NCBI GenBank assembly: GCA_019828565.1
Contig: JAHDYR010000053.1
Coordinates: 470,214-534,213 of the forward strand
Reading direction: 5' to 3'
Source: Carpediemonas membranifera BICM
Lineage: Eukaryota > Protista > Fornicata
Length of the DNA: 64,000 bases
Shown in pieces: positions 31,087-43,174 of the stretch. The position numbers were made by a program, and so were the translations under genes. The notes under the pieces were generated by a model. It saw only the letters and a program-made list of their open reading frames with translations. It was not told where the DNA came from and ran no database searches. Numbering within the stretch: the first letter of the stretch is position 1; each line of letters starts with the position of its first letter.

Positions 31087-32225
31087 ATGTACCGCAGCAA
31101 GAACGCTCAGCAGAACACTTACGTCCCCTCATACGCGAAGTCATACGGAAGAGTACTTCCTACTGGTCTTTCTACGGCCGCTAACGGCGCTGGGCTCGCA
31201 CAATTCGGTGCCAAGCCCCAAAAGGCCGAGCACAAGGCCCCTCTTGGCGATATATCAGTATTTGCCAGGCCGCACATGGAGCACAGCAAGCCTGCTCTCT
31301 TCAACACCAACGATAATGCCCGCATTGCCCCGGATCACAAGAAGGCTCCTGTGAAGTCCACCGTTGTCGACGCTCTCAACTCGAACGACCTGGAAGACAT
31401 CGACCTCGTCGACCAGGGCAATCCTCTGGCTGTCCCCGTCTACGTCAAGGAGATCTATGCCTACCTTCGTCAACAGGAGAAGTCTGCTGAATACCGGGTT
31501 TCCGAGGACTTCATCTCTCGCCAACACGGCATCAAGGCCGAGAGCCGGGCCGCCATGGTTGGTTTGTACCCCCCTACTCCTGCTCTTATCCAGACTTCAT
31601 GGTCGACGCCCACTACCGTCTCAAACTTGCCAACGAGTCGATCTTTCTCGCCGTCAACATCCTCGACAGATTCCTGGCCAAGAAGCAGGTTGCCGAGGCC
31701 AAGCTCCAGCTCGTCGGCATCACCTCTCTCTGGCTCGCCTCCAAGTTCGAGGAGAGCTACACACCCTCGGTCCGTTCGTTCGTCCGCATGGCTCCTGGGG
31801 TCGACCAGAAGTCGATGTTCTCCATGGAGCGCATGCTGCTCAAGGTCACGGGCTTCAACCTCTCGAACCCCACGTCCATCACCTTCCTCCGCCGCTTCGC
31901 CAAGGTCGCCGATATGTCGACTCGTGACAGATACCTCGCTTTCTACCTCGCGGAGCTCGCCAACCAGGAGGCTGGCATGGTCAAGTACCTCCCCTCCGAG
32001 GTCGCCGCCGGCTGTGTGATGCTGGCTCACAAGATTGTCCGCAGGCCAGCAGTGTGGACACCTCTCCTGACCAAGTACAGCGGCTACAGCCAGGACGACC
32101 TCAGCGCCGTCGTCAACGACCTCAAGGGCATCGTCAACCGTGTGCCCAGCAGCGGGCTCAAGGGCATCTACCGCAAGTACAGCGGCGACAGGTACGTCCA
32201 GGTCTCGCGCCTCATTTCGTACTAA
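31087..32225 (+). CDS. B-type (mitotic) cyclin (intron 31562-31593)
   Basis: Spliced cyclin box RAAMVDFMVDAH; LQLVGITSLWLASKFEE; D-box-like KAPLGDIS. Confidence 0.92.
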
Positions 32226-32725
32226 TCAGATGATTGAAGTGCCGGCATTGTATGGCGACACGGGTTTGTAAATCTTATCGTATAGTCAACAGAGCTGGAT
32301 GGATGCTTGTGAGCCAGCGATGCGCCTTTCTGTCTCATCTATGAGAGGCCAACTTGTGTGATAGATTGAATTCACCATTGGCCAGAAGTCAGGGGCCCTA
32401 CATCCGCAATATGGCGGAAATCCTCCTTGATCTACAGATGAGACGAGCATCTTTCCCCCAAGCCGATGATGCCGAGAAAAGCACTGGCAGGAAGTCTGCT
32501 TCCACAAGGTGGTGTACAATGTGTCGACCACAAGGGAAGCAACATGGCGTGTGCTTGCCACGGTATCAAGCGAATTATCATCGATCAACATTGTCAGAAG
32601 TTCACCCGATCGCATCATTCAGACTTGCCACACAAACACATGCCGCACAACCCAACAAAATCAAAAATCAACAGCGGTTCTTTAAAATCGCGAAACGAGA
32701 TCTACCAATCATCAAACTCCAACCC

Positions 32726-34892
32726 CTATGTCCCAACAGCATCCCGCAGGTCCTCTGACAGGCCCATGTCGCCGTCGCCCATCTCCGATCCGACCACCAT
32801 TTCGGGCTCGGGCTCCTCCAACAGCCGAGTGAAGAGCGAATGATGGGTCATCTCGACAAGGGTGGCGCGGTGATCAGTGACGAGCACGGCGTTGAGGTAT
32901 GCAATGCGATGTGCAGTTTTGAGCAGGGCGAGGCATGCACTCTGGACCATCGGGGAAGAACATGGGCTACCGGGGGCCGTCCGCTTCGCCAGGGCCAGGA
33001 TTGCACCGAGAACGTTACACCTGATGATCATCTGGGAATAAAACTCAGTCTCTGCAGCTGGGGTTGGCGCCGCAGTCGCCTCGACAATGACCTTGAGCAG
33101 CCTGACCGCGGCAATAACACAGCCCACGTCCGCCCACTCGAGAGAAGCCACGAGCTTAGGGAAAAGAGAGTGGCCGGCGATGAGGTAGCTTACCCTCAGG
33201 GCGTGCGAGGGGATGCATGCGGCCAAGGTCGTCAGGGTGTGGGCCGTGGTGGTGCGGGCAGACCTGCTCATGCTCTCAGTGGGCGGGCGGATGAGGGCGA
33301 GCAGGGCTGAGGAGCAGCGGACGTAGAAGAGGTCGAGGAAGCCTTCTCTCAGGCGTGAGTTCGAATCCGGCGAGGAGATTTCAAAGCCCACCGCTGCTTC
33401 AGAGCCTTGTTTCACGCCACCGACCTTGGGTGGATGAAGCAGCGCGCTGATTGCCCCGATTACCGCCTCAACGACGTCCTCGGGCGGGTCCACTGTTGTC
33501 AGGAGAGTCATGAGACGACTCAGCGCGTCGATGCTCTCGGGCGGGTCAATGAGCGCCTGTCTGGCTGCACTAGTGCTCGTAGTGCATATGAAATGGATGA
33601 TCTCCGCGGCCCTTCTGCCGTGGGGCATGGGCATCTCGACCGATGCGACCAAGAAGGGCAGAACACCCGCGGAGAGCAGGGACTCGGTTACACGCCTGCC
33701 AGTGCCGTCTCCAGTGAGCATCAGATAGAACTTAGATCTGACGTTGAACTCGTCGAGAAAGGCAAGCATGGATGCCCGCTCCTCCAAGGAGTGCGGCCCG
33801 GCGAACCAGGCCTTGAACGCGGCCATTTCCCCATTGAGCATGTTAAGGACGGTGCGTGTGGCCAGGATATGCTGGCCAGTGACGATGGCCGCGCTGTAGT
33901 CATCCAAGAGGCGTGCGAGGGCAACGTCTCTCATGAAAGACATCCTCGCAAGTCTCTGCATCGCTTCAGAGACCGCGGGGTTTGTCCATGCTACGATGGA
34001 CGGGATGCCCTCCACTAGCCTGTCGAGCTCAATCTTGAGCTGTCTTCCAGGTGACGCAGGGCCGTATTCAAGGCATGCAAGGGTGAGTGGGAAGTGGGTA
34101 TCGTCCATGAGTGCTACGGTGATGCGTCCGTTACCTAGGTTGAACAGCCCTCGGACAAGTCTAAAAAGTGCGGGACGGAGGTGGGAGGTGCTCGGGGTAG
34201 TCGGGGCAGTATCGGCGTCCTCCCCCTCCCTGGGCTCCATGTCATCATCACTGTCGTCTTCCTCTGCAACAGGCTCAGCCTGGGCAAGGGCTACTAAGTT
34301 GCGGAGGCCGTCGACAGTCGAGTCCTGCTCCACCCAGTCCTCCATGCCCTGGGGGACTGACCCAGCGCCCTCTATGATATCCGCGATCTGGGCGATCGTG
34401 TCTGCAGTGAGTATGGGCACGGTCGGGGATCTGAAGGCAGAGCATGCTTCGACGATTTGATTCCAGATGAGCTGCATGTGATCTGAGCTGTAGAAGGACA
34501 TGGAGAAGGCCATGCCCGTGTTGTCTTCCCAGATGACTGTGTGAGGACGCATGGGGTGCGGTGGGGGACGTACAGTGTGCTTGGTCGTGCACGAAGCAGC
34601 GGGCCCATTCAAGAATGTTGATGCGGCGTATTTCGGGGGTTACGGGGACCATGTCGTCTTCACCGGGCGGTATTTCGTGTACGCTGAGATAGAGCTCGTT
34701 CTGGCTGGCCTTCTGGTCAGTTTCTTGCGATTTGTCAGTTACATGGAAAACGACGATCCCAGTGGTCTCATCAACCCACTGGTCACCACTAGTTCCTTCT
34801 AAACGATAGATCTTTGCCTTCCAGCTCCGTCTTAGCTGGTTAGAAGCCGTCATCAGCAGCCGCCAGCTTTCGTGCTTCCTTGAACTCGTCAT
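32726..34892 (-). CDS. PP4 regulatory subunit 3 (SMEK/Psy2)-like (intron 34537-34573)
   Basis: EVH1-like KIYRL..QWVDETTG; ACLEY, FMRDVALARLLDD, FLDLFY; 37-nt GTACGT..CAG intron joins the two ORFs in frame. Confidence 0.82.
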
Positions 34893-35091
34893 TTCTCAGT
34901 GCCGGCGACTCCGGTGACAGTCGACGACGATGCGCCGCACTGTGCCTTGGGCATGGTCTTTCCTGAAGCGTCTCCCCTCGATATTCTCGACAGCGCTGGC
35001 AGATTCGAATGCGAATCTACAAAAGTCAACGCCTAACAAAAATCCATAAATTTTCGTCCAAGCGCCAGATTTTATCGCAATCCCAAGCCGT

Positions 35092-36156
35092 TCAAGTCAG
35101 AGTGAGGCTCAGGTTAGTCGAAGGCACCCTCAGTCTTACGATCTCGTCGTCCCCGCTCTGCTTGGGCTTCCTCCGCTTCGTCCGCGGCCCCTGCTTCTTT
35201 TTTGGACTCCCGCCCCAAGCTGAGCTTAGCATGGATGTGTTCCCGTCATTCTGGGTCTGCCCCGGACTCATCTGGTACTCCTGGTAAAAGCTCTGGCCGC
35301 CAGAGTCGTCCAAGTACGACAGTCCGAGGTCTCTAACCCCAGCCACGCCTGGAGACGCGTACTGGGCGCTCGGATGGTACATGTGGTCTTCCCCACTGGT
35401 TTGGTAGCCCCCCTGCGGCTGCTGGGAACGTCCCTGGGCGACCTGGGCGGTCGGCTGGGCCGGGGCCGCCACACCGCCCTGGGGTTGGATCGGGCCCAGG
35501 CCAGAGACGATGGAGGACGCCCTCTTGACGAGCTCCTCCAGTTTTGAGGGGATGAGCTGGCGCAGGGATGTTACTTCCTGCTGCAGGCGTCTATTATCGT
35601 TGTCGAGGACGGCAATACGTTGAAGCTGGCTATTCATCTCCTCATGGGCGGACTTGTATTCGATCCTTGCGGTCTCTAGATCTGCCTTGAGGCGATCGAG
35701 CTCTCTCTTGGACTCTGCATGGGCCTGGCGCTCAGACTCGAGCTCTTGGAGGGAAATCTCGTACGATGTTTTCATCCGGGACACTACGGACATAGAAGGC
35801 GCTTGGGACTCGCCGTATGTATGCAATACACTCTGTGGGCGGCCAATCGTGCTCATATACCCGATACTTTGGGTGTCGTAGGGTGTTTCGTGAGAATACA
35901 CCATCGGAGTGGACCCAAGCGACTGCCTGGATCCTCTATGCTCATCGCGCATACGTCGAAGCAGTTTGGAAGGGTTAAATGGCTCATCGCCGCTGTTTCC
36001 CGGCGATGCCATCGGAAATTGTGTTCTGAACTTGCGACTCGACACTGTACGGCCTTCCAAGCTGGCACCAGATCTGCCAGCGACTCGGCACGTTCGTGGA
36101 TTAGCCGCCACAGCCATGCTACTGATGATGTCTGCTTCAGCCAAATCATGTTTCAT
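35092..36156 (-). CDS. Hypothetical coiled-coil protein
   Basis: 354-aa ORF with a central coiled coil; start may be at MASPG. Confidence 0.7.
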   Translation of the reverse strand: MKHDLAEADIISSMAVAANPRTCRVAGRSGASLEGRTVSSRKFRTQFPMASPGNSGDEPFNPSKLLRRMRDEHRGSRQSLGSTPMVYSHETPYDTQSIGYMSTIGRPQSVLHTYGESQAPSMSVVSRMKTSYEISLQELESERQAHAESKRELDRLKADLETARIEYKSAHEEMNSQLQRIAVLDNDNRRLQQEVTSLRQLIPSKLEELVKRASSIVSGLGPIQPQGGVAAPAQPTAQVAQGRSQQPQGGYQTSGEDHMYHPSAQYASPGVAGVRDLGLSYLDDSGGQSFYQEYQMSPGQTQNDGNTSMLSSAWGGSPKKKQGPRTKRRKPKQSGDDEIVRLRVPSTNLSLTLT

Positions 36157-36341
36157 CCATGACTGATGATGAGTAGAAATTTATCGAAAGAGCAGCGATG
36201 AGCAGGATGGCCAAAACGCAGAGGGTAACATGACATAGGATGAGAGCAAAAGGCAGACCAAGGCCCAGACTCGCATAGACCAGGGTCCAACGGACTGACT
36301 CGACCAGACTTCAGTCAACGACAGTCAAACCAACCCTGCCT

Positions 36342-36890
36342 TCACATCCCCTCGCATTTCTCCCGCCGCTCGTACATGAGCACTCTTTGAGTCACGAACT
36401 GGCTGGTAAAGTCCTTGACGTTGATCTCTCCAAACAGCAACCGCTTGGAAAGCTGAGCCGTGTCAGCCTCGTTCCTCGCCGCCATCTGACCCAGTTGCTT
36501 GCGTGCCACGACCTTCTTTGCCTTGAGAAGCGCCTCAGATTCCCCAATGTGTCGGGCCAAGACCCTGTTCTGGTCATGGAGAGAACGCATGGCGTGGCTA
36601 TTGGAGCTTAGCTCAGTAGATTCGTTCATGTAGACCAGCTGGGACTGCGACTGAGCGGCCTCGAACCTACGATGGACGGAGGTGAGCTGCTGGTTGATTT
36701 GGGTTTGACCGAGGAGAGCGGCGTACGCGTTTGGATCATTCAATGCGCGTTCCAAGGTAGTGTAGTCCGCATTCTCGAGGTTCTCGAACCTCAGTGGGAT
36801 TTCCGGGATGATCGACGCACTAGATCCACCAGAGCATGAGCTGGTCATCGGCGACGGCGTTGCAGAATACACGGGGGAACAAGCAGCCAT
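36342..36890 (-). CDS. VPS37/Mod(r)-like ESCRT-I subunit
   Basis: C-terminal L..GEINV..F..QF..R..Y.RREK Mod_r pattern. Confidence 0.6.
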   Translation of the reverse strand: MAACSPVYSATPSPMTSSCSGGSSASIIPEIPLRFENLENADYTTLERALNDPNAYAALLGQTQINQQLTSVHRRFEAAQSQSQLVYMNESTELSSNSHAMRSLHDQNRVLARHIGESEALLKAKKVVARKQLGQMAARNEADTAQLSKRLLFGEINVKDFTSQFVTQRVLMYERREKCEGM

Positions 36891-37177
36891 TTGTACATTA
36901 GTACCCGGCTTCTGTTTCTTCCAACCAAGCCCCATTTGCTGTGGAAGTGTCGTGGAGCTCACTCATGCTCAAATCTCGGTCTTCGACCCGATCCTCGTGA
37001 TCCACTCAAATCTACATCAAGGCTCTTGAGATTGCGGAGAGGTGCTATAGCGGCTGCGGAACGGTATATGACTCCCGCACACGGTGCTCGATCCAGGATT
37101 CAATTCTTCTCACTCGCACAGTCACTTTACCAAACTGAACCAACCCTCTCCGTCGTCGAAATTTAATATACAGATGG

Positions 37178-39154
37178 TCACGCCTCAACCTCTTTGCTGA
37201 CCAGCACCGCCTCGTGTTGCAGCCGCTTGCCCTTCTCCACCTCGCCCTGACTTAGTGCAATCACACTGAGATTAGTCAACGCTGCCGCCTCCGCCGTCCT
37301 GTCTCCATTCTCCCTAGCAAGATCAACACACAGCTGGAGCCGCTCGACAGCCTCTGCGTCTTTCCCCAAGGCCATGAGACACCGCCCGTGGAGGCATAGC
37401 CCGTCGAGCTGGAGCTCGGGCCGAGAGGAGCTCATGGAGGCGTCGAACCCGAAGACGGAGGAGTCCACCTTACCCGCACCGGGCTCCTTGGGCGACATCG
37501 GCTCATTGAGAACAGCACAGGCGTTCTCAGCGTCCTCGCATGCCTCAGAGTATCGCCCCAGAGCATAAAGTGCACGGCCACGCTGGAGGAGAGCTTCACC
37601 GAGGATGTATGACGGCGGGCTGATAGCATCCGGGTTCACCAGCTTGGAGGTCACCGCAATAGCCATTTCAGAGTCGTCGAGGCGCACATAAGCGTTCGCC
37701 AGCTGCCTAAGAGCACGAGCATGGCCCGACTCAAAGCCGCTCTCGAGACTGATGTCGAGATCTTTCTTAAAGTGCCCGACAGCCGGACTTGGGCGATCGA
37801 GGGCCAGATAAATCGTACCCAAGATCGAGTGTGTATCTGCGACCACTCTGGGATGATCTGGCACCTCAAGTGTGGCAAGTCGTGCGAGCAGACCCTTAGC
37901 AAACTCCAGAGCGAGGTCGGGGGCCCCTGTTTCTAGGGCCTCCGTGGTGTTGGCCATGACTCTGGCGACGTAGTGTGTCGCCCTCATGTACTTCTTCCCC
38001 TCAACCAGGGCAGTCTTGCTGGTCCTGGTCTTGTTGGCAGGCTGGGTCGGTGCTTTCGTATCCATGCTCTCGTCTGCCGTGGTCGACCGGTGGTGCTGGA
38101 TCTCGTGGATTCTGACATTCCCGTCGCTGGAGGACCGGGCGTGTTGGACTCGGCCCGATAGCCCAGAGGATCCTGACGCAGTTTTAGGCGGGACTCTGGC
38201 GAGAACTGACCGGGGAACGGCTGGGACAGTCTCAGGGGAGAGGGTCTTCTTCCTCGGCTCACAGGCGGTGCGTGGTGCCCTTGGCGGCTGGGCTGACCCC
38301 CCGACCCTGACAATGAGCTTGCTTCCCCTCGCCCCAATCGTCCTGGCGGGCGACTGCGGGGGTAGAGACCTGCCGCGCCGACCCATGCTTGCAGACATGG
38401 TCGGGGGTCTGACCGAGCCGGTGGTTGGCCTACTCGGGGTGGGTTTGACCGGCGACTGTTGCTGTCTCCAGAACTCGGTCCGAGAGTCGATGAACTTCAG
38501 GCCCTTTTCCACGGCTTGGGCCATCCCTTTGTTAGTCTTGCACGCCATCTCACCCTGCAGCTTAATGAGGAACTCGTGATCATCGAATAGATCGCCCAGG
38601 AGGCGCCGGGAGGTGGTTTTGCCTCCCGCAGTTGGTGGGGGAGTAATGGGTGGCGTGTTGCCGTCTGCCACTATTGTTACAGTCACCCCTGTGTCGTCGG
38701 CCATGGATACGTTCAGGCTATTCGTTGCTGTGATGATTGGCAGTACGCCGTCCTCGCCGAATCCGATCGCTCGGTGGATGGCGGATTCCGACTTGCGGAT
38801 GCCAAGCTGGTAGTCCATGATATCTGGGCGGATGCGGTGGGCGCGGTGGAAGTGGACCAAGGCATACTCGAAGTCTCCGGCCGCATAGAGCGCTTCGGCT
38901 TTCGCCATGAGGCCTGTATGGAACTTCTTGTCGTTATGGATGCTCTTCTCTGCGTCCTTCAGCGCAAGATCGTACTGACCGAGTCGGACATAGCACTTGG
39001 AGCGATTAAGCAAAGCATTCCTGTTATCTTCCTGAAGGGTGATCGCGCGAGAATAGGAGGTCACCGCTCGTTCGAACTCCTCCTGCCGAATGAAAGTATC
39101 ACCTTCAGACATGTAGATATGAAACAAGTTCTTCGCCGAGTGTCCTTGTTCCAT
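37178..39154 (-). CDS. TTC25: Outer dynein arm docking complex TPR protein (TTC25/ODAD4-like)
   Basis: KAEALY.AGDFEYALVHFHR..RP, RLLGDL.DD.EFL, FIDSRTEFWRQQ. Confidence 0.85.
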   Translation of the reverse strand: MEQGHSAKNLFHIYMSEGDTFIRQEEFERAVTSYSRAITLQEDNRNALLNRSKCYVRLGQYDLALKDAEKSIHNDKKFHTGLMAKAEALYAAGDFEYALVHFHRAHRIRPDIMDYQLGIRKSESAIHRAIGFGEDGVLPIITATNSLNVSMADDTGVTVTIVADGNTPPITPPPTAGGKTTSRRLLGDLFDDHEFLIKLQGEMACKTNKGMAQAVEKGLKFIDSRTEFWRQQQSPVKPTPSRPTTGSVRPPTMSASMGRRGRSLPPQSPARTIGARGSKLIVRVGGSAQPPRAPRTACEPRKKTLSPETVPAVPRSVLARVPPKTASGSSGLSGRVQHARSSSDGNVRIHEIQHHRSTTADESMDTKAPTQPANKTRTSKTALVEGKKYMRATHYVARVMANTTEALETGAPDLALEFAKGLLARLATLEVPDHPRVVADTHSILGTIYLALDRPSPAVGHFKKDLDISLESGFESGHARALRQLANAYVRLDDSEMAIAVTSKLVNPDAISPPSYILGEALLQRGRALYALGRYSEACEDAENACAVLNEPMSPKEPGAGKVDSSVFGFDASMSSSRPELQLDGLCLHGRCLMALGKDAEAVERLQLCVDLARENGDRTAEAAALTNLSVIALSQGEVEKGKRLQHEAVLVSKEVEA

Positions 39155-39616
39155 GAGTGATGTTGGCTCGAAAAATCGTCGAGTCTTAAACTGCGGGAAA
39201 GGAAAGGACGGCTGCCGGGCGGTATATCTGGGCCTGGCACTGCCTGTAGTCTCTTATGTGCGGCAGCTTGATATCCCCTAGCCGCTCTAAAATTCTTTGA
39301 GAGTGAGTGCGGCATCGAGAATGCCTTTCAAATTTACGATATTTACCACTCCTCCTGCAAGAACCAGAAACACGCCAATGTGCCAACCTACCTGACATAA
39401 CTCTCTAAACAGGTTTGCCTCAGACCTACCTCTGTTAACCCGCATTTACCTTTCATTCACCAGCCGATCTATCCAGCCAAACACACCGAAGCTTACCCCA
39501 CCGCACCTAATGAATGCATAGAAGGGATGCCTGTAGCATAGTGTGAAGATACAATGAAATATGACATTTTCATTTCGTACACAATATGATCAGATCAACT
39601 GGAGATAGTCATCCCT

Positions 39617-40273
39617 TCACTCCATGGCCGGCGGATGCAGGATGAAGTCATCCAACCCGCTGTTCTCCAGGGCCTTGGTGATGGCCGTGCACCCCTCGTC
39701 CTTGAGCTTCTTGACGATTCTCCCAACAGTTGCTTTGGAGACTACGAAACCTTGTTCCTGAAGCTGGGTGTGGATCATCTTAATGGTGGTCCGCTTGTTA
39801 GAGAGGATGATCTGCCGCACTGCCTCCACAGCCTGCTCTGTTGTTGCTGTGACCGGCCTGCCCTTCTTGACCTTCTCTGGAGCGGTGGTGTACTTCTTCT
39901 TCCATCGCATAACGGTGGTCTGTGGGACACCCGTGGCCATGGCTACTGCGCGCGTGGACTTGCCGCTCTGGAGCATGTCTTGTACTTGCTTCTTCTTATC
40001 GTTCAGGTCGGCATCGGTGGCAAGGGCTGGTTGGAAGGGAATAGCCCCAGTATCGGTCGGAACGATCATTAAATTAGGAATAGAGCTGTTGCTGGTGGAT
40101 AGGCCGGTTGGAGAAAGGCTTCTCATCGGCATATCGTCCTCATCTGGTAGAATGTCGTCGTGGGATAACGGAAAATCGAAACTGAAAGAACGTCGTCCCC
40201 GCATTGTCTCACCAGTATCCAGTAGCGATGGGATTCCAAGCTCAGCGAAGAGGGCTTCGGAAATCTCGTCCAT
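39617..40273 (-). CDS. Tc1/mariner-type bipartite HTH (paired-like) DNA-binding protein without a DDE domain
   Basis: GKSTRAVAMATGVPQTTVMRWKK - GRP linker - second HTH VSKATVGRI; acidic N-terminus. Confidence 0.75.
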   Translation of the reverse strand: MDEISEALFAELGIPSLLDTGETMRGRRSFSFDFPLSHDDILPDEDDMPMRSLSPTGLSTSNSSIPNLMIVPTDTGAIPFQPALATDADLNDKKKQVQDMLQSGKSTRAVAMATGVPQTTVMRWKKKYTTAPEKVKKGRPVTATTEQAVEAVRQIILSNKRTTIKMIHTQLQEQGFVVSKATVGRIVKKLKDEGCTAITKALENSGLDDFILHPPAME

Positions 40274-40594
40274 CTGACGAACTTGAATATGACCCGCGAA
40301 GTCGGGCCGGTCGACGTCGGCTGGACATGAATGCATGTTGGGACGCGCATCTTGGGCTGGGCATGTGCTTCAGGTTGCGTGTCTGGCCGAGTGCGACTGC
40401 GGGGATGATGTAATCAGCGACGCTCGCCTCGGAGACACTACATGCCATGATCCTGCTACCGCCACGACTCGCCACAGTGTAAATGACCGAGTTACCTGCC
40501 ATAAAGCTCTTCTTACAAGCCCCCACGAGCCCACTCCCCCAACAACCCCACCGCCAGGCATGGCATGCACAATTTATGTCGACCCAACCCAAAC

Positions 40595-41119
40595 TCAGGG
40601 CCGGGGCTTCCGCTCAAGCGTGCTCACCTCCTTGTCCAGCCGACTCACGCTGTCTCTGATCCACTGGAGCGAGCTGAGGTGGTTGTTGAGAAGGTCGAGG
40701 AGTCCGTCGCCGCCCTCCACGGGCTGAACACGGCCAAAGACAGAGTACAGCGTTGCTTGAACACGGCGGAGTTCGTCAAAGAGCTCTTCGACGGAGTTCA
40801 GAGCTTCTACACGGGCCTTGGAGCTCTTGTCCGAGCCGATGGCGCCGAGCTTCTTGGAAAGGCTCTCCTGAGCAGTCTTCAGAGATGTAGCGAGGTCCTT
40901 CTGTGAAGCTTCGATGCCCTGGAGCTGGTTCTCGAGGTTTGTCGCCTGCTCTTCCAGCTTCAGCACCGCTGAGGCAACGCTATTGGTATCCTCGGCGATC
41001 CCGACGAGCTGCGTATCCCAACGCGAGACCTGATTTGCTTGGTTCTCAAACGCTCCTTTGAGCTCCTGAACGCGCTTGTTCCAATCACCTACGACCTGGT
41101 CTAGAGTTTTGGCCTCCAT
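40595..41119 (-). CDS. Nup62/Nsp1 coiled-coil domain protein
   Basis: KTLDQVVGDWN..F..QA.QV..WD..L and LLNNHLSSLQWI Nsp1_C motifs. Confidence 0.8.
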   Translation of the reverse strand: MEAKTLDQVVGDWNKRVQELKGAFENQANQVSRWDTQLVGIAEDTNSVASAVLKLEEQATNLENQLQGIEASQKDLATSLKTAQESLSKKLGAIGSDKSSKARVEALNSVEELFDELRRVQATLYSVFGRVQPVEGGDGLLDLLNNHLSSLQWIRDSVSRLDKEVSTLERKPRP

Positions 41120-41268
41120 CTGCGAAGGGTCCTAAAATGCGAAACCAATACTACATCGGCGGGGTGCGTAGAGGGCCGGTCAACGTCAGACAGAGTCCCG
41201 CTGGCCATATTTTCCGACATCGCAGGTTAGCCGTGAAAATCGAAAGCTCGGCCCATTTATCGCAGCGA

Positions 41269-42630
41269 ATGGAGTGTTCTGACCTATTCGAACGGGGTAG
41301 ATGCATTGCACTCTCACCAAACGGCCAATTCATTTCAACTTCCATGAAATCTGCTGTTATAGTGATCGAAACAGAAACGAGCGAGCAAATATACTCCTTC
41401 TCCACGCCTAAGCCCGCCAAATCCCTCACCTTCTCTCCAGACTCTATGTGGCTAGCAATCACGTTCAAGGACTCCGACCTCGTCCGCATCTACAACATGG
41501 AAGAAGGTCGCGTTCACACAGACTTCCACTGTGGCCCTGCCCTGTGCCATGGCGTCGTCTGGGCCCCGTCCTCAACACACATACTCATTGCTGTGCGGTT
41601 CTTTGTGCAGGTAATCATCTATTCTCTCGATGAAAACGCGCCAGTGAGTATCATCGAGAACTGCAAGTCGATGAACGGGATGAAATACTCGGAACAGGGC
41701 GATGTTCTCGCAGTATTGGAGCGTACCAAGGGCGTGGACTACCTTAACGTCATCAACACAGCTTCATACGCCGCCAGCGATAGGATCCAGCTCCCCACCG
41801 TCGACGCCGCAGGACTCGCGGTTTGCTCGTCATTCATCGCTGTGTGGGACGATCCGTGCGAGCGCATGGCCCTGCTCTTCACTGCAGAGGGCACAGAGGT
41901 CGGCAGGCTCAGTATCAGCGAGGAGTCCGAGCTTGGCGTCAGGGCAGCTTCCTTCTCACCAGACGAGGCCACTCTGGCACTACACGGGTTCGACGGATCA
42001 GTGTACCTCTTGCCGACACAGTCGGATGCGGATAGTGCAGTTTTAGACCATGATCCGATCATCGCGACGTCATGCCGCGCCCCAGTCTACCAGGAGGTCG
42101 AGGTTGAGGCCAGCGGTGGGTCGACGATGAGTAGATATGAGACTGTCGCACCGCCTCTAAGCCTGCACTCTTTCTCCGGCAACGGGGTGTCAAATGTCGC
42201 GTGGTCGCCCTCCGGCACCTTACTCGCGACTCGGTCAGAGTCGGTCCCGCACGCAGTTTATGTCTGGCGTCTTTCTTCCGAACCAGTGCTCGTCTCGATC
42301 CTCGCCCACTCGTCTCCGGTCCGCACCGTTCGTTGGATGCCAGACGTTGATGTACTCTGCCTGACGACGTCGAAGAGTCCGTTGCCAGGGTCCGGAATGC
42401 AGAACAGTGTGCTTGACGGGGGTAAGTCCCTCTTTTTCTGGTCAGAACAGGGCGCTTCTGTGGTGAAGATCGCCGTGTCTGTGCAGGATAGGGTGTTTGG
42501 AGGGAGGCAGGAGCGGCCGTTTGTCATCGAGGAGGTGGTCATGCCTGCGGTCGGGTCGGATCTTCTGTTGTGTGATTCGAATCACTACACGGTCTGCTCG
42601 ATCAAGGAGCCGACAGATTTGTTCGAATAG
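41269..42630 (+). CDS. WRAP73: WD40 protein WRAP73/WDR8-like
   Basis: WSPSGTLLATRSESVPHAVYVW, IAVWD, LG+RA.SFSP pattern. Confidence 0.75.
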   Translation: MECSDLFERGRCIALSPNGQFISTSMKSAVIVIETETSEQIYSFSTPKPAKSLTFSPDSMWLAITFKDSDLVRIYNMEEGRVHTDFHCGPALCHGVVWAPSSTHILIAVRFFVQVIIYSLDENAPVSIIENCKSMNGMKYSEQGDVLAVLERTKGVDYLNVINTASYAASDRIQLPTVDAAGLAVCSSFIAVWDDPCERMALLFTAEGTEVGRLSISEESELGVRAASFSPDEATLALHGFDGSVYLLPTQSDADSAVLDHDPIIATSCRAPVYQEVEVEASGGSTMSRYETVAPPLSLHSFSGNGVSNVAWSPSGTLLATRSESVPHAVYVWRLSSEPVLVSILAHSSPVRTVRWMPDVDVLCLTTSKSPLPGSGMQNSVLDGGKSLFFWSEQGASVVKIAVSVQDRVFGGRQERPFVIEEVVMPAVGSDLLLCDSNHYTVCSIKEPTDLFE

Positions 42631-43174
42631 GTGTATGATAAAGGCGAGCCGCTTCTGTGAGTTAGTCGTGAGGTCAGAGTGATGCTTTCAATGGGCTATG
42701 CTGCTTGAACCGATCGCCCAGTATCTGATCCCGACTCAGTACAGCCATCCCGCTCAGCATGTCGACTGGCCCAACCCGCAAGACCTGCCTCGCATCTGCA
42801 GTGATCATGCCATAGCCAAGACTCATTTCGCGAGTTCTCATAAACGCTTGTGTTCAAGGGGCGACCCGTTCACCTCTATCCACGGGACCATCAGATCGTG
42901 TCATCCCGCACCTCAAAGCTCATGCTGCTGACGAATGAGGGCGACACGCTCGACGTGATCGTAAATATGTCCTGGCCGGAGTCAGCGCTGGGCGATCCCG
43001 CAGTGTCTGCGTCCCTCAGGGTGCGGCGGTGAGGTGGGTCGTATTCACGCTGGATAGGGTCATGCTCTCTCGCGACTACCGTAGCTTCTCGAGCTCCTTG
43101 CCCCTTAAAACGTCGAGGGCATGTTGCCGACAAGCACCCCCCCATTGTCATCAGTGGCTTTACTACAACACGTA

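Noticed and set aside
42698-43032. Possible small spliced gene
   Set aside because: No convincing start/intron combination or homology motif could be established by eye
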